From assembly GCA_963664705.1 (NCBI GenBank), contig OY761556.1, forward strand, positions 4,768,001-4,832,000: a DNA stretch of 64,000 bases. The letters run 5' to 3'. Shown here one piece after another: positions 10,536 through 22,330 of this stretch (position 1 is its first letter; each line of letters opens with the position of its first letter). This DNA is from Acidobacteriota bacterium. Lineage in GTDB: Bacteria; Acidobacteriota; UBA6911. Under the pieces are notes generated by a model. It was not told the DNA's origin, did not search any database, and worked only from the letters and a program-made list of their open reading frames with translations. The position numbers and the translations under genes are program-made.

Positions 10536-13500
10536 ATGCGATTCGTGCTAGCCGCTCTCAGTCGTCCGGTCACGGTCCTCGTAACCCTGATTGCAATCGC
10601 GCTGGTTGCATATTTCGCCGTGCAGCGCATGCCGGTCGACATTTTCCCCAAGGTCGGCGAACCGGCGATTTACGTTGCTCAACCCTATGGGGGCATGGAC
10701 CCGGCACAAATGGAGGGGTACCTCACCTATTACTATGAATACCACTTCCTCTACATCACCGGGATCAGCCGGGTCGAGAGCAAAAGCATTCAGGGCGCGG
10801 CCCTCATGAGGCTTGTTTTTCGCGAAGGCACGGATATGTCCCAGGCAATGGCTGAAACGGTCGGGTATGTCAACCGCGCACGCGCCTTCATGCCAACGGG
10901 AACAGTGCCGCCCTTTATCACCCGATTTGACGCAGGCAGCGTCGCGGTTGGTCAGCTTGTCTTCAGCAGCCCCACCCGAACCCAGGGCGAATTGCAGGAT
11001 TTCGCCCTGAACAGCGTGCGTCCGTTGTTTGCCACTTTGCCCGGAGTATCCGCCCCGCCCCCCTTTGGCGGCAATCAGAAATCGATTGTGATCACTCTTA
11101 ATCCAGACCGGCTCCAGCAGTATCGCATCTCTCCGGAGCAGGCGATTTCGGCTGTCAGCAACTCCAGCCTGGTAATGCCCTCCGGGAATGTCTTCACGGG
11201 TAAACTCAACCGGATCGCAAGAACCAATTCAGCGCTGGGAGCGGACCTGTCAGAACTGTTGAATACGCCAATCCATCCGGTTACCGGAACCACCATATAC
11301 CTGAGGGACATCGGCACAATCGACAATGGCACGGACATCATCACGGCCTATGCCCACGTGAATGGAAAACGCACCGTATATATTCCCGTCACCAAGCGCG
11401 CCGATGCTTCCACTCTCGCGGTGATCAATGCGGTAAAAGCCTCCATGCCCGATTTCAAAAAGGTTCTGCCGGACGACGTGGATGTGAGCCTTCAATTCGA
11501 TCAATCGCCGTTTGTGACGGATTCAATCCGCGGACTGATTTTCGAGGGATTGCTGGGCGCAGCTCTGACCGGACTGATGGTGATGATATTTCTCAGGGAT
11601 TGGCGGAGCGCCTTGATTGTCATCATGAACATCCCATTCGCGCTGCTGAGCGCGACCATTCTGCTTTGGGCAAGCGGGCAGACAATAAACATCATGACCC
11701 TGGGCGGATTGGCGCTGGCGGTTGGGGTTCTCGTCGATGAAGCAACTGTATCGATTGAAAACACCCACACTCACATGGTGCAGGGAACCACACGAGCGCG
11801 CGCCGTGCTCCAGGCGGCAAGCGAAACATCTATCCCCCGCCTGCTTTCCATGTTTTGCATTCTCGCAGTCTTTCTTCCTTCATTTTTCATGATTGGCGTG
11901 GGCCGGCAGCTGTTCATCCCGCTTTCGCTGGCGGTCGCATTCTCCATGATCGCCTCCTATCTGCTCTCCAGCAGTCTTGTGCCCGTCTTTTCCACATGGC
12001 TGATGCAGGAGACGCATCGGGGCGAGGCGCAGGAAGGATTCTTTGGTCGCCCTCGGCATGTATACGAACGCTATCTGAGGTTCATCCTGCGATTTCGCTG
12101 GCCGCTGGTGGCTGCGTATCTGATCGCTTCAGTGACGATTCTCTATATTCTGCTCCCGCGCATGGGCACCGAATTGTTTCCGGATGTCAACGCGGCCTTG
12201 CTGCGAGTGCGGTTGAAAGCTCCCGCCGGAACCAGGATCGAAGAAACCGAGCGTATTGTTCTCCATGCACTAAACACGATCAATAATGAAGCAGGGAAAC
12301 AGAACGTGGTCATCACCAGCGATTTCATGGGGGTTGTTCCGTCCAGCTATCCGGTAGATCTGATTCATCTGTTCACAAGCGGGCCTCACGAGGCTGTTAT
12401 CCAGGTTGCCCTGAAGCCTGATGCACCGAAGGGGGAAGCCTTGCGGGAGCGGATCCGCGACAAACTGAAGCATGATCTCCCGGACTGCCAGGTCTCATTC
12501 GAACCCGCGGATATTATTTCCCAGGTGATGAGTTTTGGATCGCCCACGCCCATCGAGGTAGCGGTGCAGGGGCCAAGTTTGGATGATGACTATGGCTACG
12601 CCCAGAAGCTAAAAGCGCAAATGACAAAGCTCAGCTTTTTGCGCGATCTTCAATTTGCGCAGGAATATCGTTATCCAACCCTGGACATTGCGGTCAACCG
12701 TCAGCGTGCAGGGCAGTTCGAACTGACGATGGCGGAAGTGGCTCGTTCTGTGGTGCCCGCCACATCTTCCTCGCGGTTTACGCAGCCAAACTACTGGCGC
12801 GATCCCAAATCCGGCAATGCCTTTCAAATCCAGGTGCAATTACCTCAGAATCGAATGCAGAGTGTGGAGGATATCTCCGCAATCCCAATCATGCGAACCG
12901 GTGCCCGCAATACACAGCTCAAAGATGTGGCGCAGATAAACACCGGCACTATGCCGGGAATGATTGAGCGCTTCAACGGACAACACATTGTCAGTATTAC
13001 GGCAAACATTCACGGAATCACTTTGGGAGAAGCAGCCGCAAAGCTGAGTCAGGCGCTGGGAAGCGCGGGCGCACCTCCGCGCGGCACCAAGATAGTGGTC
13101 AAAGGGGAAATTCCGGCCCTGGAACAAACATTATCCGGACTTCGAATCGGACTGCTCCTGGCCATCGTTGTGATCTTCCTTCTTCTTTCAGCCAACTTTC
13201 AGTCAATGCGATTGGCATTCACCATTGTCCTGACCATTCCTGCGGTGCTTTGCGGAGTGCTTCTGACATTGCGGTTGACGGGCACTACGCTCAACGTCCA
13301 GTCGTTTATGGGCGCAATCATGGCAATCGGCATTGCGGTTGCCAATTCGATTCTCCTGGTAACTTTTGCCGAACGTTTTCGACACAGGAACATGCCATTG
13401 CTAGATGCGGCCTGCGAGGGATCGGCCAGCCGGCTGAGAGCCATCCTGATGACCGCCGCAGCCATGATTTTCGGCATGCTGCCGATGGCGATCGGGGTGG

Positions 13501-13682
13501 GCGAGGGCGGCTCTCAATCCGTTCCCCTGGGTCGCGCTGTTGTCGGAGGACTGCTTTTTTCCACCTTTGCCACTCTAACCATTCTTCCTTCCATCTATGC
13601 GATTCTTCAAGGAAAGGCATCTCTGCAATCCCCTTCCTTGAATCCCATGGATCCAGAGAGTCGATACTATGATGCCAAGTAG
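10536..13682 (+). CDS. RND efflux permease (AcrB/CusA family)
   Basis: 1048 aa with [42 protein letters not shown] and [10 protein letters not shown] motifs. Confidence 0.95.
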   Translation: MRFVLAALSRPVTVLVTLIAIALVAYFAVQRMPVDIFPKVGEPAIYVAQPYGGMDPAQMEGYLTYYYEYHFLYITGISRVESKSIQGAALMRLVFREGTDMSQAMAETVGYVNRARAFMPTGTVPPFITRFDAGSVAVGQLVFSSPTRTQGELQDFALNSVRPLFATLPGVSAPPPFGGNQKSIVITLNPDRLQQYRISPEQAISAVSNSSLVMPSGNVFTGKLNRIARTNSALGADLSELLNTPIHPVTGTTIYLRDIGTIDNGTDIITAYAHVNGKRTVYIPVTKRADASTLAVINAVKASMPDFKKVLPDDVDVSLQFDQSPFVTDSIRGLIFEGLLGAALTGLMVMIFLRDWRSALIVIMNIPFALLSATILLWASGQTINIMTLGGLALAVGVLVDEATVSIENTHTHMVQGTTRARAVLQAASETSIPRLLSMFCILAVFLPSFFMIGVGRQLFIPLSLAVAFSMIASYLLSSSLVPVFSTWLMQETHRGEAQEGFFGRPRHVYERYLRFILRFRWPLVAAYLIASVTILYILLPRMGTELFPDVNAALLRVRLKAPAGTRIEETERIVLHALNTINNEAGKQNVVITSDFMGVVPSSYPVDLIHLFTSGPHEAVIQVALKPDAPKGEALRERIRDKLKHDLPDCQVSFEPADIISQVMSFGSPTPIEVAVQGPSLDDDYGYAQKLKAQMTKLSFLRDLQFAQEYRYPTLDIAVNRQRAGQFELTMAEVARSVVPATSSSRFTQPNYWRDPKSGNAFQIQVQLPQNRMQSVEDISAIPIMRTGARNTQLKDVAQINTGTMPGMIERFNGQHIVSITANIHGITLGEAAAKLSQALGSAGAPPRGTKIVVKGEIPALEQTLSGLRIGLLLAIVVIFLLLSANFQSMRLAFTIVLTIPAVLCGVLLTLRLTGTTLNVQSFMGAIMAIGIAVANSILLVTFAERFRHRNMPLLDAACEGSASRLRAILMTAAAMIFGMLPMAIGVGEGGSQSVPLGRAVVGGLLFSTFATLTILPSIYAILQGKASLQSPSLNPMDPESRYYDAK

Positions 13683-14760
13683 AATTCTATTGCCGGCATT
13701 TGCCTTGCTCACTTTGCTTGCAACATCCGGCCAAACGCAAAGCAGCGACCTCGTCCAGGTCGTTGCCAGACCGGCCTCACAAACAATAGAGTTGCCGGGC
13801 GAACTACTTCCTTTCCTGACGGTATCGTTGCATGCAAAAGTGCAGAGTTATGTGGAACGAGTCCTGGTTGATCGGGGCAGCGTTGTCAAGGAAGGTGAGT
13901 TGATGGTTCAGTTGAGCGCACCCGAGATCGAGGCACAAATTGCCGAAGCCGAATCAAAGGTTCAGGCACATGAAGCCGACCGGCTGCAGGCGGAATCGCA
14001 ACTGGCCGCAGCCCAGAGCACCTATGACCGCCTCAAAGCAGCCTCTCAGACGACGGGAGCCATTGCCGGCAATGAGCTGATACAGGCGGAAAAGCTGCGG
14101 GACGCAGCCCGCGCGCTTGTAAGCTCTCGCCAGCAGGCAATCCAGTCAGCCTCCGCTGCGGTTAAGGCCATCAGGGATTTGCAGGCGTATCTAAAAATCA
14201 CCGCTCCCTTCAGCGGCATTATTACCGATCGGCTTGTGCACCCGGGCGCGCTCGTCGGTCCGGGGAACGATGTCGTATTGCTTGTGCTTCAGCAGATTTC
14301 GAGACTCCGATTGGTTATCCCTGTTCCGGAGGAGAACATCAGCGGGATTGTGAACGGCGCAGTTGTATCCTTTCATGTGCCCGCATGGCCGGGCCGGGTT
14401 TTCTCTGGAAAAGCCGCACGGATCGCTCATGCTCTCGATCAAAGGACCCGCACCATGCCGATCGAACTGGATGTCGTCAATGCCGACGGTCTGCTCTCGC
14501 CCGGCATGTATCCGTCGGTGAAATGGCCGGTACATCGGGCCACAGCCTCGCTGTTCGTTCCCAGAACAAGCGTTGTCACAACCACGGAACGCACATTTAT
14601 TATTCGGGATAGAAATGGACAGGCTGAATGGGTGGATGTGAGAAAGGGGGCAACGGAAGGTGATATGGTTGAAGTGCTGGGCAATCTTAAGCCCGGAGAT
14701 GCTGTGCTGCGTCGAGCCACGGATGAAATACGCGAGGGCACATCCATAATTAAAAGATGA
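13669..14760 (+). CDS. RND efflux periplasmic adaptor (MFP)
   Basis: Lipoyl half-motifs VDRGSVVKEG and ITAPFSGII, alpha-hairpin, LSPGMY; overlaps the RND stop. Confidence 0.93.
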   Translation: MMPSRILLPAFALLTLLATSGQTQSSDLVQVVARPASQTIELPGELLPFLTVSLHAKVQSYVERVLVDRGSVVKEGELMVQLSAPEIEAQIAEAESKVQAHEADRLQAESQLAAAQSTYDRLKAASQTTGAIAGNELIQAEKLRDAARALVSSRQQAIQSASAAVKAIRDLQAYLKITAPFSGIITDRLVHPGALVGPGNDVVLLVLQQISRLRLVIPVPEENISGIVNGAVVSFHVPAWPGRVFSGKAARIAHALDQRTRTMPIELDVVNADGLLSPGMYPSVKWPVHRATASLFVPRTSVVTTTERTFIIRDRNGQAEWVDVRKGATEGDMVEVLGNLKPGDAVLRRATDEIREGTSIIKR

Positions 14761-14919
14761 GGAACATCAACACGCGCGGGATCGAATAGCACTGGATATT
14801 GGCATCCAGACCCTGATTTTTTGTCCATTTGGGCCGCTTAAGCGTTAATCGCTTGCATTCCTTTGCTATAGAGGTTACCTTCTCCGCGAAATCGAGACTA
14901 TAAAACTAGGAGAGATATA

Positions 14920-15111
14920 ATGGTGAAAGCAGTTGCTAAGACCAAGGCCAAAGCAAAACCAAAGACTCAAGCAAAAGCCAAAGCAAAAGCGGCCGTAAGC
15001 GAAAAACGCGAATACAAGACCCCCGAAGCTGCGGCAAAACAGAAAGCTCAGTGGGAAGCAAAGGGATACAAAGTCACGCGCAAAGCGAATACTTTGTATA
15101 TCAAGAAGTAG
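14920..15111 (+). CDS. Small Lys/Ala-rich basic protein (63 aa)
   Basis: Strong RBS AGGAGA; KAKAKPKTQAKAKAKA tail plus a compact C-terminal part (QWEAKGYKVTRKANTLYIKK). Confidence 0.7.
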   Translation: MVKAVAKTKAKAKPKTQAKAKAKAAVSEKREYKTPEAAAKQKAQWEAKGYKVTRKANTLYIKK

Positions 15112-15238
15112 AAGAGCTCCATCTGCCAATGACAAGGGCTTCAATAGCGTTAAGAAGCCCTTTGTTCATGGCAAGCAATCTCTGCAGACCAGAAGTGATC
15201 TGATCCCCAGAGTTATTCATGAAAGGTAGCCCAGTAAG

Positions 15239-15613
15239 ATGAAAGACGAGACAATCGACAATCCCTTTGAGGAATCGGAAGAACCCGATACCGACGACAT
15301 CGCCTCTTTGCTGCGAGCCATGCAGCAACAGTTGCATCATTTGGAAAAAAAGGTGGACCTGTTAATCGGCCGGTCGCAGGAGAGATCAGGGGATAGACCT
15401 CCACACGCCAGGTCCTTTGGGAGAAGACCTCCGGCAAGACCATTCCGATCGCCAGACCATTCCCACCACCATGGCAAAAGAGAACGAGAGCCCGGCCAGA
15501 GAGACAGGGATTCCTCCCCTGGACATTTTTATGAACGGCGGCCGCAGGAAAAAGGACGACGTCCGAGTTCCGGCAAAAAGCCCTCGGCATTCAAGCGTAA
15601 AGACTGGGATTAG
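15239..15613 (+). CDS. Hypothetical protein: acidic N-terminus, short coiled coil, Arg-rich disordered tail
   Basis: MQQQLHHLEKKVDLLI coiled coil followed by an R/P/G/H-rich tail; fills the gap on the same strand as its neighbours. Confidence 0.6.
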   Translation: MKDETIDNPFEESEEPDTDDIASLLRAMQQQLHHLEKKVDLLIGRSQERSGDRPPHARSFGRRPPARPFRSPDHSHHHGKREREPGQRDRDSSPGHFYERRPQEKGRRPSSGKKPSAFKRKDWD

Positions 15614-15814
15614 AAAGCGCGGATTCAATTCGCTTTAAAGCACCATCCAAGGGCGGGCCATACAGGAATGGATCCGGGGGACAGCGCAGGAAACAGTTCC
15701 CGGCACCTGAGCGAACACGATGATTGAAGAGGATCTGTGATCTATTCCTGTGAACCCTCTCTAACTTCCGAAAGCCTGGCATATCTGCGCTAATCTCACA
15801 CTGAAGTATTAAGC

Positions 15815-17722
15815 ATGGCACTCATTACTCTGGACAATGTCTCCATCGCATACGGCTACCTGCCGTTGCTGGACCAGGTTGATTTGCAGGTCGAATCCGG
15901 AGAACGGGTCTGCATCATTGGCCGCAATGGAACCGGCAAGTCTACGCTGTTGCGCCTCATTAACGGCGACCAGGTCCCGGACTCAGGCTCCCTCTATCGG
16001 CAATCCGGTTTGCGATCCGCGATCCTGGTGCAGGAGGCTATGCTCCCGGCCGAACGCCCTGTGTTCGACGTGGTAGCTGAAGGATTGAGCAGCCTCGGCG
16101 ATCTGGTGACCGCATATCACCATGCCGCGGTAAAGGTCGCGGAAACGGGTGCCCCGGCCGATTTGGAAAAATTGGGCCGGCTTCAGCACGATCTGGAGGA
16201 AAAAGACGGCTGGCGTCTCGAACAGCGAGTCGAGATGGTGTTGAGCCGGCTGAAGCTGCCGTCCGAAGCCAGTGTAAACACTCTGTCGGGCGGCTGGTGC
16301 CGTCGGGTACTGCTTGCCCGCGCTCTCGTTGCCCAACCGGATCTTTTGCTCTTGGATGAGCCCACCAACCACCTTGATATCGAGGCCACAACCTGGCTGG
16401 AAGACTTCCTTTCTGAATATGCCGGCACGGTCATTTTCGTCACTCACGATCGGGCGTTTCTGAGAAGGCTCGCCACACGCATTGTCGAACTCGACCGCGG
16501 GCACCTGACTTCCTGGCCCGGCGATTACGCAACTTTCCTGAGCAAAAAGGAAGAGTGGCTGACCAACGAGTCCCTCCGGCTTGATAAGTTCGACAAGAAG
16601 CTCGCCGAGGAGGAGGCCTGGCTGCGGCAGGGAGTTAAAGCCAGGCGTACGCGCAACGAGGGACGTGTCCGCGCTTTGATGGCAATGCGCCAGGAGCGGG
16701 CCGACCAGCGCGCCAGGATCGGAATGGTGCGGATGCAGCTTGAAATCGCGGACCAGTCCGGCCGGATGGTTTATGAATGCGAAGGCATCAGCAAATCTTT
16801 CGACGGCACGCAGATTATCAAAGATTTTTCGACCCGCATCATGCGCGGTGACCGGATCGGGCTCCTTGGCGCAAACGGCGCCGGCAAGACAACTCTGCTG
16901 CGCCTCCTGTTGGGAGAATTGCAGCCGGACGCAGGAACGATTCGATGTGGCACCAATGTTCAGGTCGCCTATTATGATCAACAGCGGGAGCAGCTTGACC
17001 CGGAGCGCACAGTCTTTGATACCATCGGGGATGGCAATGACACGGTGACGGTGAACGGCCGGTCCCGGCACGTAAACGGCTACCTGCAGGACTTTCTCTT
17101 CACTCCCGAACGCGCCCGCTCGCCAGTCAAAGCTCTGTCAGGAGGCGAACGCAATCGGCTTATGATGGCGCGCCTCTTCACGCGACCGGCCAATGTCCTG
17201 GTGCTGGATGAACCAACCAACGACCTGGACCTCGAAACCCTTGAATTGCTGGAAGAACAACTGTTGAATTTTCCGGGCACGATTCTGCTTGTCAGCCATG
17301 ACCGGGAATTCCTTGATAACGTTGTCACCAGCACATTCGTCTTCGAGGAGAATGCGCACGTACAGGAATATATCGGAGGCTACGAAGACTGGCATCGCCA
17401 GAAGGCAATTCCTGCCGCAAAGGAGAGCTCTCCCAAACCCCGTCGACAGGCCGCCGGCACCACCGAGCGCGCGGATAACACTGCACGCGCTAAAAAGAAA
17501 CTGTCCTATGTTGAACAGCGGGAATTCGATCGTCTCCCGGAGCGCATCGAGGCTTTGGAATCCGAACAACAGCGGCTCAGCGCTGCGATCGTTCACCCGG
17601 ATTTTTACAGGGAGACCGCCGAAACCATCCGGCAGCATTTAACAAGGCTGGAGGCATTGGAAAAAGAGCTCCTCGAGGCCTATGCCCTCTGGGATGAGCT
17701 GGATTCGCGTACGAAGCAGTGA
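15815..17722 (+). CDS. uup: ABC-F family ATPase Uup
   Basis: Two ABC domains (GRNGTGKS, GANGAGKT, LSGG, LDEPTN), WLRQGVKARRTRNEGRVRAL linker, C-terminal KKLSY...LPERIEALE coiled coil. Confidence 0.93.
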   Translation: MALITLDNVSIAYGYLPLLDQVDLQVESGERVCIIGRNGTGKSTLLRLINGDQVPDSGSLYRQSGLRSAILVQEAMLPAERPVFDVVAEGLSSLGDLVTAYHHAAVKVAETGAPADLEKLGRLQHDLEEKDGWRLEQRVEMVLSRLKLPSEASVNTLSGGWCRRVLLARALVAQPDLLLLDEPTNHLDIEATTWLEDFLSEYAGTVIFVTHDRAFLRRLATRIVELDRGHLTSWPGDYATFLSKKEEWLTNESLRLDKFDKKLAEEEAWLRQGVKARRTRNEGRVRALMAMRQERADQRARIGMVRMQLEIADQSGRMVYECEGISKSFDGTQIIKDFSTRIMRGDRIGLLGANGAGKTTLLRLLLGELQPDAGTIRCGTNVQVAYYDQQREQLDPERTVFDTIGDGNDTVTVNGRSRHVNGYLQDFLFTPERARSPVKALSGGERNRLMMARLFTRPANVLVLDEPTNDLDLETLELLEEQLLNFPGTILLVSHDREFLDNVVTSTFVFEENAHVQEYIGGYEDWHRQKAIPAAKESSPKPRRQAAGTTERADNTARAKKKLSYVEQREFDRLPERIEALESEQQRLSAAIVHPDFYRETAETIRQHLTRLEALEKELLEAYALWDELDSRTKQ

Positions 17723-17831
17723 AACTCTCAACGAGCCTTCAAGGCTTAATCCGACCTGGTTGTGGAAGGCGGATTAAGCCTCGAAGATCTGAAAACAAAC
17801 ACAGATTCAGACATTGTTTCCTGCATCAAAA

Positions 17832-18704
17832 TCACTCGCCGGCTGGGATGACCATGTCATGTATGGAAGTCTGTTCCGCCGTTACTCCATACCTGCCGTC
17901 GGCAGTGCGTATGGGGCGCGCCAGAGCGCAGGCAGGGTCATGTGTGAAAAAGAGGAGCCCGCCGCCCGCGATTTTGCTGTCCAGGTATTGCCTTTTTTCA
18001 TCAATGAGCAATTCCGGATATCGATCGTAGCCCATTGTTACCGGCAGATGCATCCAGGGTTTACCGGGGATCAGATCGCTGCAGAATGATATCCCGCCAA
18101 CGCACCCAATCTCAGCAAGCAATTGTCCGGGAGTATGCCCATCACTGTAGTCGAAGCGCACAGACTTGCCGAGGCTTGGCGTGTATTCTCCATCGACAAG
18201 CTCGAGTCGTCCGCTTCGTGACATGCAATCAATGAGCTCAGGTATAAAAGATGCGCGATCGCGTGGATGCGGATGAAGAGCACGATCCCATGCGCGGCCG
18301 CCAACGACCAATCTCGCGTTTGGAAACAGCAGCTCCGGCGCTGCGCCTTCGTGGTAGGCCGCAAACAAGCCCCCAATATGATCAAAATGCAAATGGCTGA
18401 TCACGACGGCATCGATGTCCTCATGCCGGAGTCCAAGTGTCGCGAGCGAATCAAGCAGCACGTGGCGGTCTTCCGCGACTCCATAACGCTTCTTCAGTTT
18501 CGGTTCAAAGAACGCACCGATCCCGGCCTCAAAAAGCACAGTCTTTCCGTCCACCTCGCGCGCCAGCAGGGCCCGGCAGGCTATTTCAATGCGGTTTTCC
18601 TCATCAGCGGTGAGCCACCTGGACCAGAGCGCGCGCGGCGCATTGCCGAACATGGCGCCCCCATCCAGGCGTTGCCGGTTCCCTTCTATCGACCACAGTC
18701 GCAT
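17832..18704 (-). CDS. Metallo-beta-lactamase-fold hydrolase
   Basis: [32 protein letters not shown] and FTHDP motifs; RBS GGAGGAG before ATG 18704. Confidence 0.92.
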   Translation of the reverse strand: MRLWSIEGNRQRLDGGAMFGNAPRALWSRWLTADEENRIEIACRALLAREVDGKTVLFEAGIGAFFEPKLKKRYGVAEDRHVLLDSLATLGLRHEDIDAVVISHLHFDHIGGLFAAYHEGAAPELLFPNARLVVGGRAWDRALHPHPRDRASFIPELIDCMSRSGRLELVDGEYTPSLGKSVRFDYSDGHTPGQLLAEIGCVGGISFCSDLIPGKPWMHLPVTMGYDRYPELLIDEKRQYLDSKIAGGGLLFFTHDPACALARPIRTADGRYGVTAEQTSIHDMVIPAGE

Positions 18705-18902
18705 GCAATGACTCCTCCATAGCTTCAAGCCGGGAAAGTATAGCGAGGCGTTCAGGAAAGATCCATTCCCGGCTTGGAGCGTATCCGGGAATTAGGATAT
18801 GAGGCACGCCCGAATGGGAACTGCGGAGTGCAGCAACTTGCAGCCGTCTTTGAAAACCATAAAGCAGAAGGGCTTCGCCCTCGAGGACATTTGACGGCGA
18901 CT

Positions 18903-21881
18903 TCACTTCCTCAAACAAGAGCGTATCGCCTCAATGACCGCTTCGGAAGGTCCGCTTTTGATCAGATATGCGACGGCGCCGGCTTTACGTATGGCTGCGG
19001 ATTCCTCGCCTTCGTTAAACATGGACAGGCCAATGATTTGTATTTCAGGCATTTCCTGATGAATGATTCTGGTGGCTTGAATCCCGTCCATTCCTGGCAT
19101 GCCAATATCCATCAGAATCACATCAGGCCGAATCTTCCGGACCAATTTCACCGCAGATTCACCATCCGACGCCTCTCCCACGATCTTGATATCCGGCTCC
19201 GCTCCCAGCAAACCAGCCAAACCCTGTCGCATGACCATATGATCGTCTACCAGGGCCACGCGTATTCTTGCAGTTGAATCGGGTTCCTCGGCAGATGCCA
19301 CCGCAACAGAGATCTCTGATTTCGGGCTTTTCCCAACTTCGGAAGATTGCTCCGGCATAATGGCATACGGAGAAATGAGACGAAATCGGCTGCCTTTTCC
19401 TACGGCACTTTCCATCTCAATTCTCCCGCCCAGGTAACTGAGGCGCTCACTGATACTGAAGAGCCCCATACCCGTGCTCTTGTCCTCCCTCGTGCGGAGC
19501 TCATCGGGATCGAATCCCGCACCCTCATCGGCTACTTCCACCTGAATCTGTCCATCAAGCTGGATAACTTCAACGTCCGCCGTCCTGACACCGGCATGCT
19601 TTACAATGTTGAACAGAAGCTCACGAACAGACTGGAATAGCAGGACACTTATTTCCTCGGAAGCACGCTGCATAGGTTCCTGGCAAGCCAGCCTCACAGT
19701 GAGGCCATGTTTGGTCTGCATCCATTTGGCCAACCACTCCAGCGCAGGAAGGAATCCGCCTTTGTGCAGAATAGGGGGACTTAATTCGGCGGTAAGCGAC
19801 CTGGATGTTTCGATCGAGTCATCAATAAGGCTTGCTACGGCTGCGGCCCTTTCCTGTACATCGCCGCCGCGCTCCAGGAGAGCAAGGCTGAATTTGGCTG
19901 CGGCCAGTGTCTGTTGCAGCCCGTCGTGAAGCAGCATCGCCAGCCGCTGTCGTTCGCGCTGCTCAGCCAGCGTCAAATCCGCCGCGAGTTGGCGCAGCTG
20001 CCGCGACCGTTGTTCCAATTCGAGCGTGCGCTCCTCCACCCGTTTCTCCAGTGAGTTGGTAAGCTCCTGCAAACGCTGATCGGCCAACTTCCGTGCAGTA
20101 ATATCCATCTGTACACCGTCCCAGACGGTACTGCCGTCGTCCATCCGGCGCGGTCGAGATCGCAGTCGCATCCAGCGCACCTCGCCATCCGGTCGGCGCA
20201 TGGGCACATCCATGTCGAAGTCGGATTGCTCGTGGATGCATCGTGCTTCCTCTGTCATTAATCGCTGGTAATACTCAGGCGGAATCTGCCCGTGCAACGT
20301 ACCGGCATCGCGCAGGGCATCTTCAATGCGGATGCCATTGAGTTTTTCGATTCCGGCACTGAAATAGGTGAATCTTCCCGCAGCACCATCCGAGCGGACA
20401 TATTGATAAACGGCGCTGTCCGGAAGATTGTCGCCAAGCAGACGTAACCGCTCCTCGCTGTCGCGCAGCGCCTCCTCTGCCCGTTTGCGTGCGATCGTAG
20501 CGCTCAGGAACTCGGCTGTCATCAACAGGATGTCTCCCACCGATTCCGAGAATCCCCCGGTACAGGAGGACATCAGCTTCAGCACGCCATAGGATTGGTT
20601 TCCATACCGAAGCGGAACCAGGATCATCGACCGCAAGCCGATTTTTCTGCAAGCCTCGCGGTCAACCCTCGGATCGGTTTCGGTATCGTCGGAACGCATC
20701 AATTCGCCGCTGGTCATGCAACGACCGGACAAACTGCCCGCTACTTTCAGCCGCAGTCCGACAAACCCGGCGGCAATCCCGCTGGCGGCTTCATATACCA
20801 TTTCCTCGCCGTCAGCGATTTCGAGACTGGCGCCTTCCGCGTTGGTAAGCCGGGACATGCGTTCCAGGACCAGTTGCAGCAATCCCTTGTAGTTCGTATC
20901 GGTCCGGGCAATCTCACGCTGTGTGTCCAAAACAGAAGCCAGCCGCTCGGTCTGAGCCTTCAATATCGATTCAGTCCGCTTGCGGTCGGTGATAGTCTGC
21001 TTTTGGTCCGTAATATCGCTGAAAAAGGTTGCCAGCCCCTCTTCCGTGGGATAACAGCGGCAGTCGAACCACCGGTTCAAAGGCTCCGGATAAAAGCATT
21101 CAAATTGCAGCGGCTTCCGTTCCTCCATGGAACGGCGGAAGTTCACTCCAAGGGGCAGATCGTAGGCAGCCGGCCATAGCTCCCACAGAGATTTGCCCAT
21201 AAGTTGACTGCGCGTCATGCGAAAGGCACTGGTTGCGGCTGGATTTACATGGGTATAGCGCCACTCCCGATCAAAAGCGGCAAAGCAGTCGCTCATCTGC
21301 TCCAGAACCGCGGTGGTTCTTGCGTTCGCCAACTGCAAACCTTCTCGCTGCATACGAAGCTGTTGAATCAGTTCCGTTGAGTTTTCAAGTTCGGTAAGAT
21401 CACTCGCCACGACGCATATGCTGGCTCCGTCCGGTTGGTTGAGCACATTGGCGGAGATATGCGCCGGCAGAGAGGCTCCATCCCCGCCGCAGAAAACCAT
21501 CCGTCTTTTAATGGACTCCTTCTGAACATCGAGTAGTAAGGAAGATGCGGCCTCTTTATCGGTTTCGGCCACGAATTCGCCGAGATTGTGGCCTACAATC
21601 TCCGAATTCGAACATCGGATGAATTGGCTGAACTGGGCATTGCAGAAGAGAATCCTTCCATCAAAAGTAAGGGTGAATGCCGCCTCCTTCATGGTTTCCA
21701 CGATCAGGCGATAGATGGATTCCGTGCCAAACAGCGAAAATACCTGATCCCCGCTGGGGCCCGAAACGATAATGGCGTCCACTTCGCCTTGGCGAATTGC
21801 CCGTAGTGTTTCTTCCGCCTCATGAAGGCGCGTCTGCAAATCCTCAATCAATTCCTGTTTGGATTGCCTCTTGTCCAGCAT
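18903..21881 (-). CDS. Kai-linked hybrid sensor kinase (coiled coil-PAS-PAS-GAF-PAS-HisKA_3-HATPase-REC)
   Basis: N-terminal RLHEAEETLRAIRQGEVDAIIV; H-box ERQRLAMLLHDGLQQ; DEGAGFDP and GMGLFSI; NarL-type receiver VALVDDH...MDIGMP without HTH; 10 bp downstream of kaiB. Confidence 0.9.
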   Translation of the reverse strand: MLDKRQSKQELIEDLQTRLHEAEETLRAIRQGEVDAIIVSGPSGDQVFSLFGTESIYRLIVETMKEAAFTLTFDGRILFCNAQFSQFIRCSNSEIVGHNLGEFVAETDKEAASSLLLDVQKESIKRRMVFCGGDGASLPAHISANVLNQPDGASICVVASDLTELENSTELIQQLRMQREGLQLANARTTAVLEQMSDCFAAFDREWRYTHVNPAATSAFRMTRSQLMGKSLWELWPAAYDLPLGVNFRRSMEERKPLQFECFYPEPLNRWFDCRCYPTEEGLATFFSDITDQKQTITDRKRTESILKAQTERLASVLDTQREIARTDTNYKGLLQLVLERMSRLTNAEGASLEIADGEEMVYEAASGIAAGFVGLRLKVAGSLSGRCMTSGELMRSDDTETDPRVDREACRKIGLRSMILVPLRYGNQSYGVLKLMSSCTGGFSESVGDILLMTAEFLSATIARKRAEEALRDSEERLRLLGDNLPDSAVYQYVRSDGAAGRFTYFSAGIEKLNGIRIEDALRDAGTLHGQIPPEYYQRLMTEEARCIHEQSDFDMDVPMRRPDGEVRWMRLRSRPRRMDDGSTVWDGVQMDITARKLADQRLQELTNSLEKRVEERTLELEQRSRQLRQLAADLTLAEQRERQRLAMLLHDGLQQTLAAAKFSLALLERGGDVQERAAAVASLIDDSIETSRSLTAELSPPILHKGGFLPALEWLAKWMQTKHGLTVRLACQEPMQRASEEISVLLFQSVRELLFNIVKHAGVRTADVEVIQLDGQIQVEVADEGAGFDPDELRTREDKSTGMGLFSISERLSYLGGRIEMESAVGKGSRFRLISPYAIMPEQSSEVGKSPKSEISVAVASAEEPDSTARIRVALVDDHMVMRQGLAGLLGAEPDIKIVGEASDGESAVKLVRKIRPDVILMDIGMPGMDGIQATRIIHQEMPEIQIIGLSMFNEGEESAAIRKAGAVAYLIKSGPSEAVIEAIRSCLRK

Positions 21882-21891
21882 AGCCGCAGGC

Positions 21892-22239
21892 CTATTTCTT
21901 GGGACGAAGATCAAGTCCGACCAGAATCCGTTCCTGATCCGTCAGGTCGCCAATGAATCTTCGTAAGGGTTGAGGTAATTTTCTAATCAGCGTCGGGGCT
22001 GCAATGATTTGTTCACCTGCGGCCAACGTCGGTTGCTTGTAGATGTCGATGATCTGCAGGTCATAGCGACCTTTGAGATGCTGCTCGCAAATCTCGCTTA
22101 TGGATGTTATCGCAGCCGACGACCGCCGGTTGATGCCTGCCACATACAATCTGAGGATGTACGTTTGTTTGGATGTGGTTTTTTTCAGATCTTTCTCGAA
22201 TTCGGCTGCGCTCTTAATAGGTTTCGCTTTTTTGGGCAT
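21892..22239 (-). CDS. kaiB: Circadian clock protein KaiB homolog
   Basis: YILRLYVAG...ICEQHLKGRYDLQIIDI...QIIAAPTLIRKLPQPLRRFIGDL...VGLDL. Confidence 0.95.
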   Translation of the reverse strand: MPKKAKPIKSAAEFEKDLKKTTSKQTYILRLYVAGINRRSSAAITSISEICEQHLKGRYDLQIIDIYKQPTLAAGEQIIAAPTLIRKLPQPLRRFIGDLTDQERILVGLDLRPKK

Positions 22240-22330
22240 GGTTAAGGGAGTTTTATCAGGCCGACAAATGCAAATCCAGCCCCGAAACCAATCTTGCTTC
22301 GACCGGCGACTGGTACCATTGGCCTCATTG

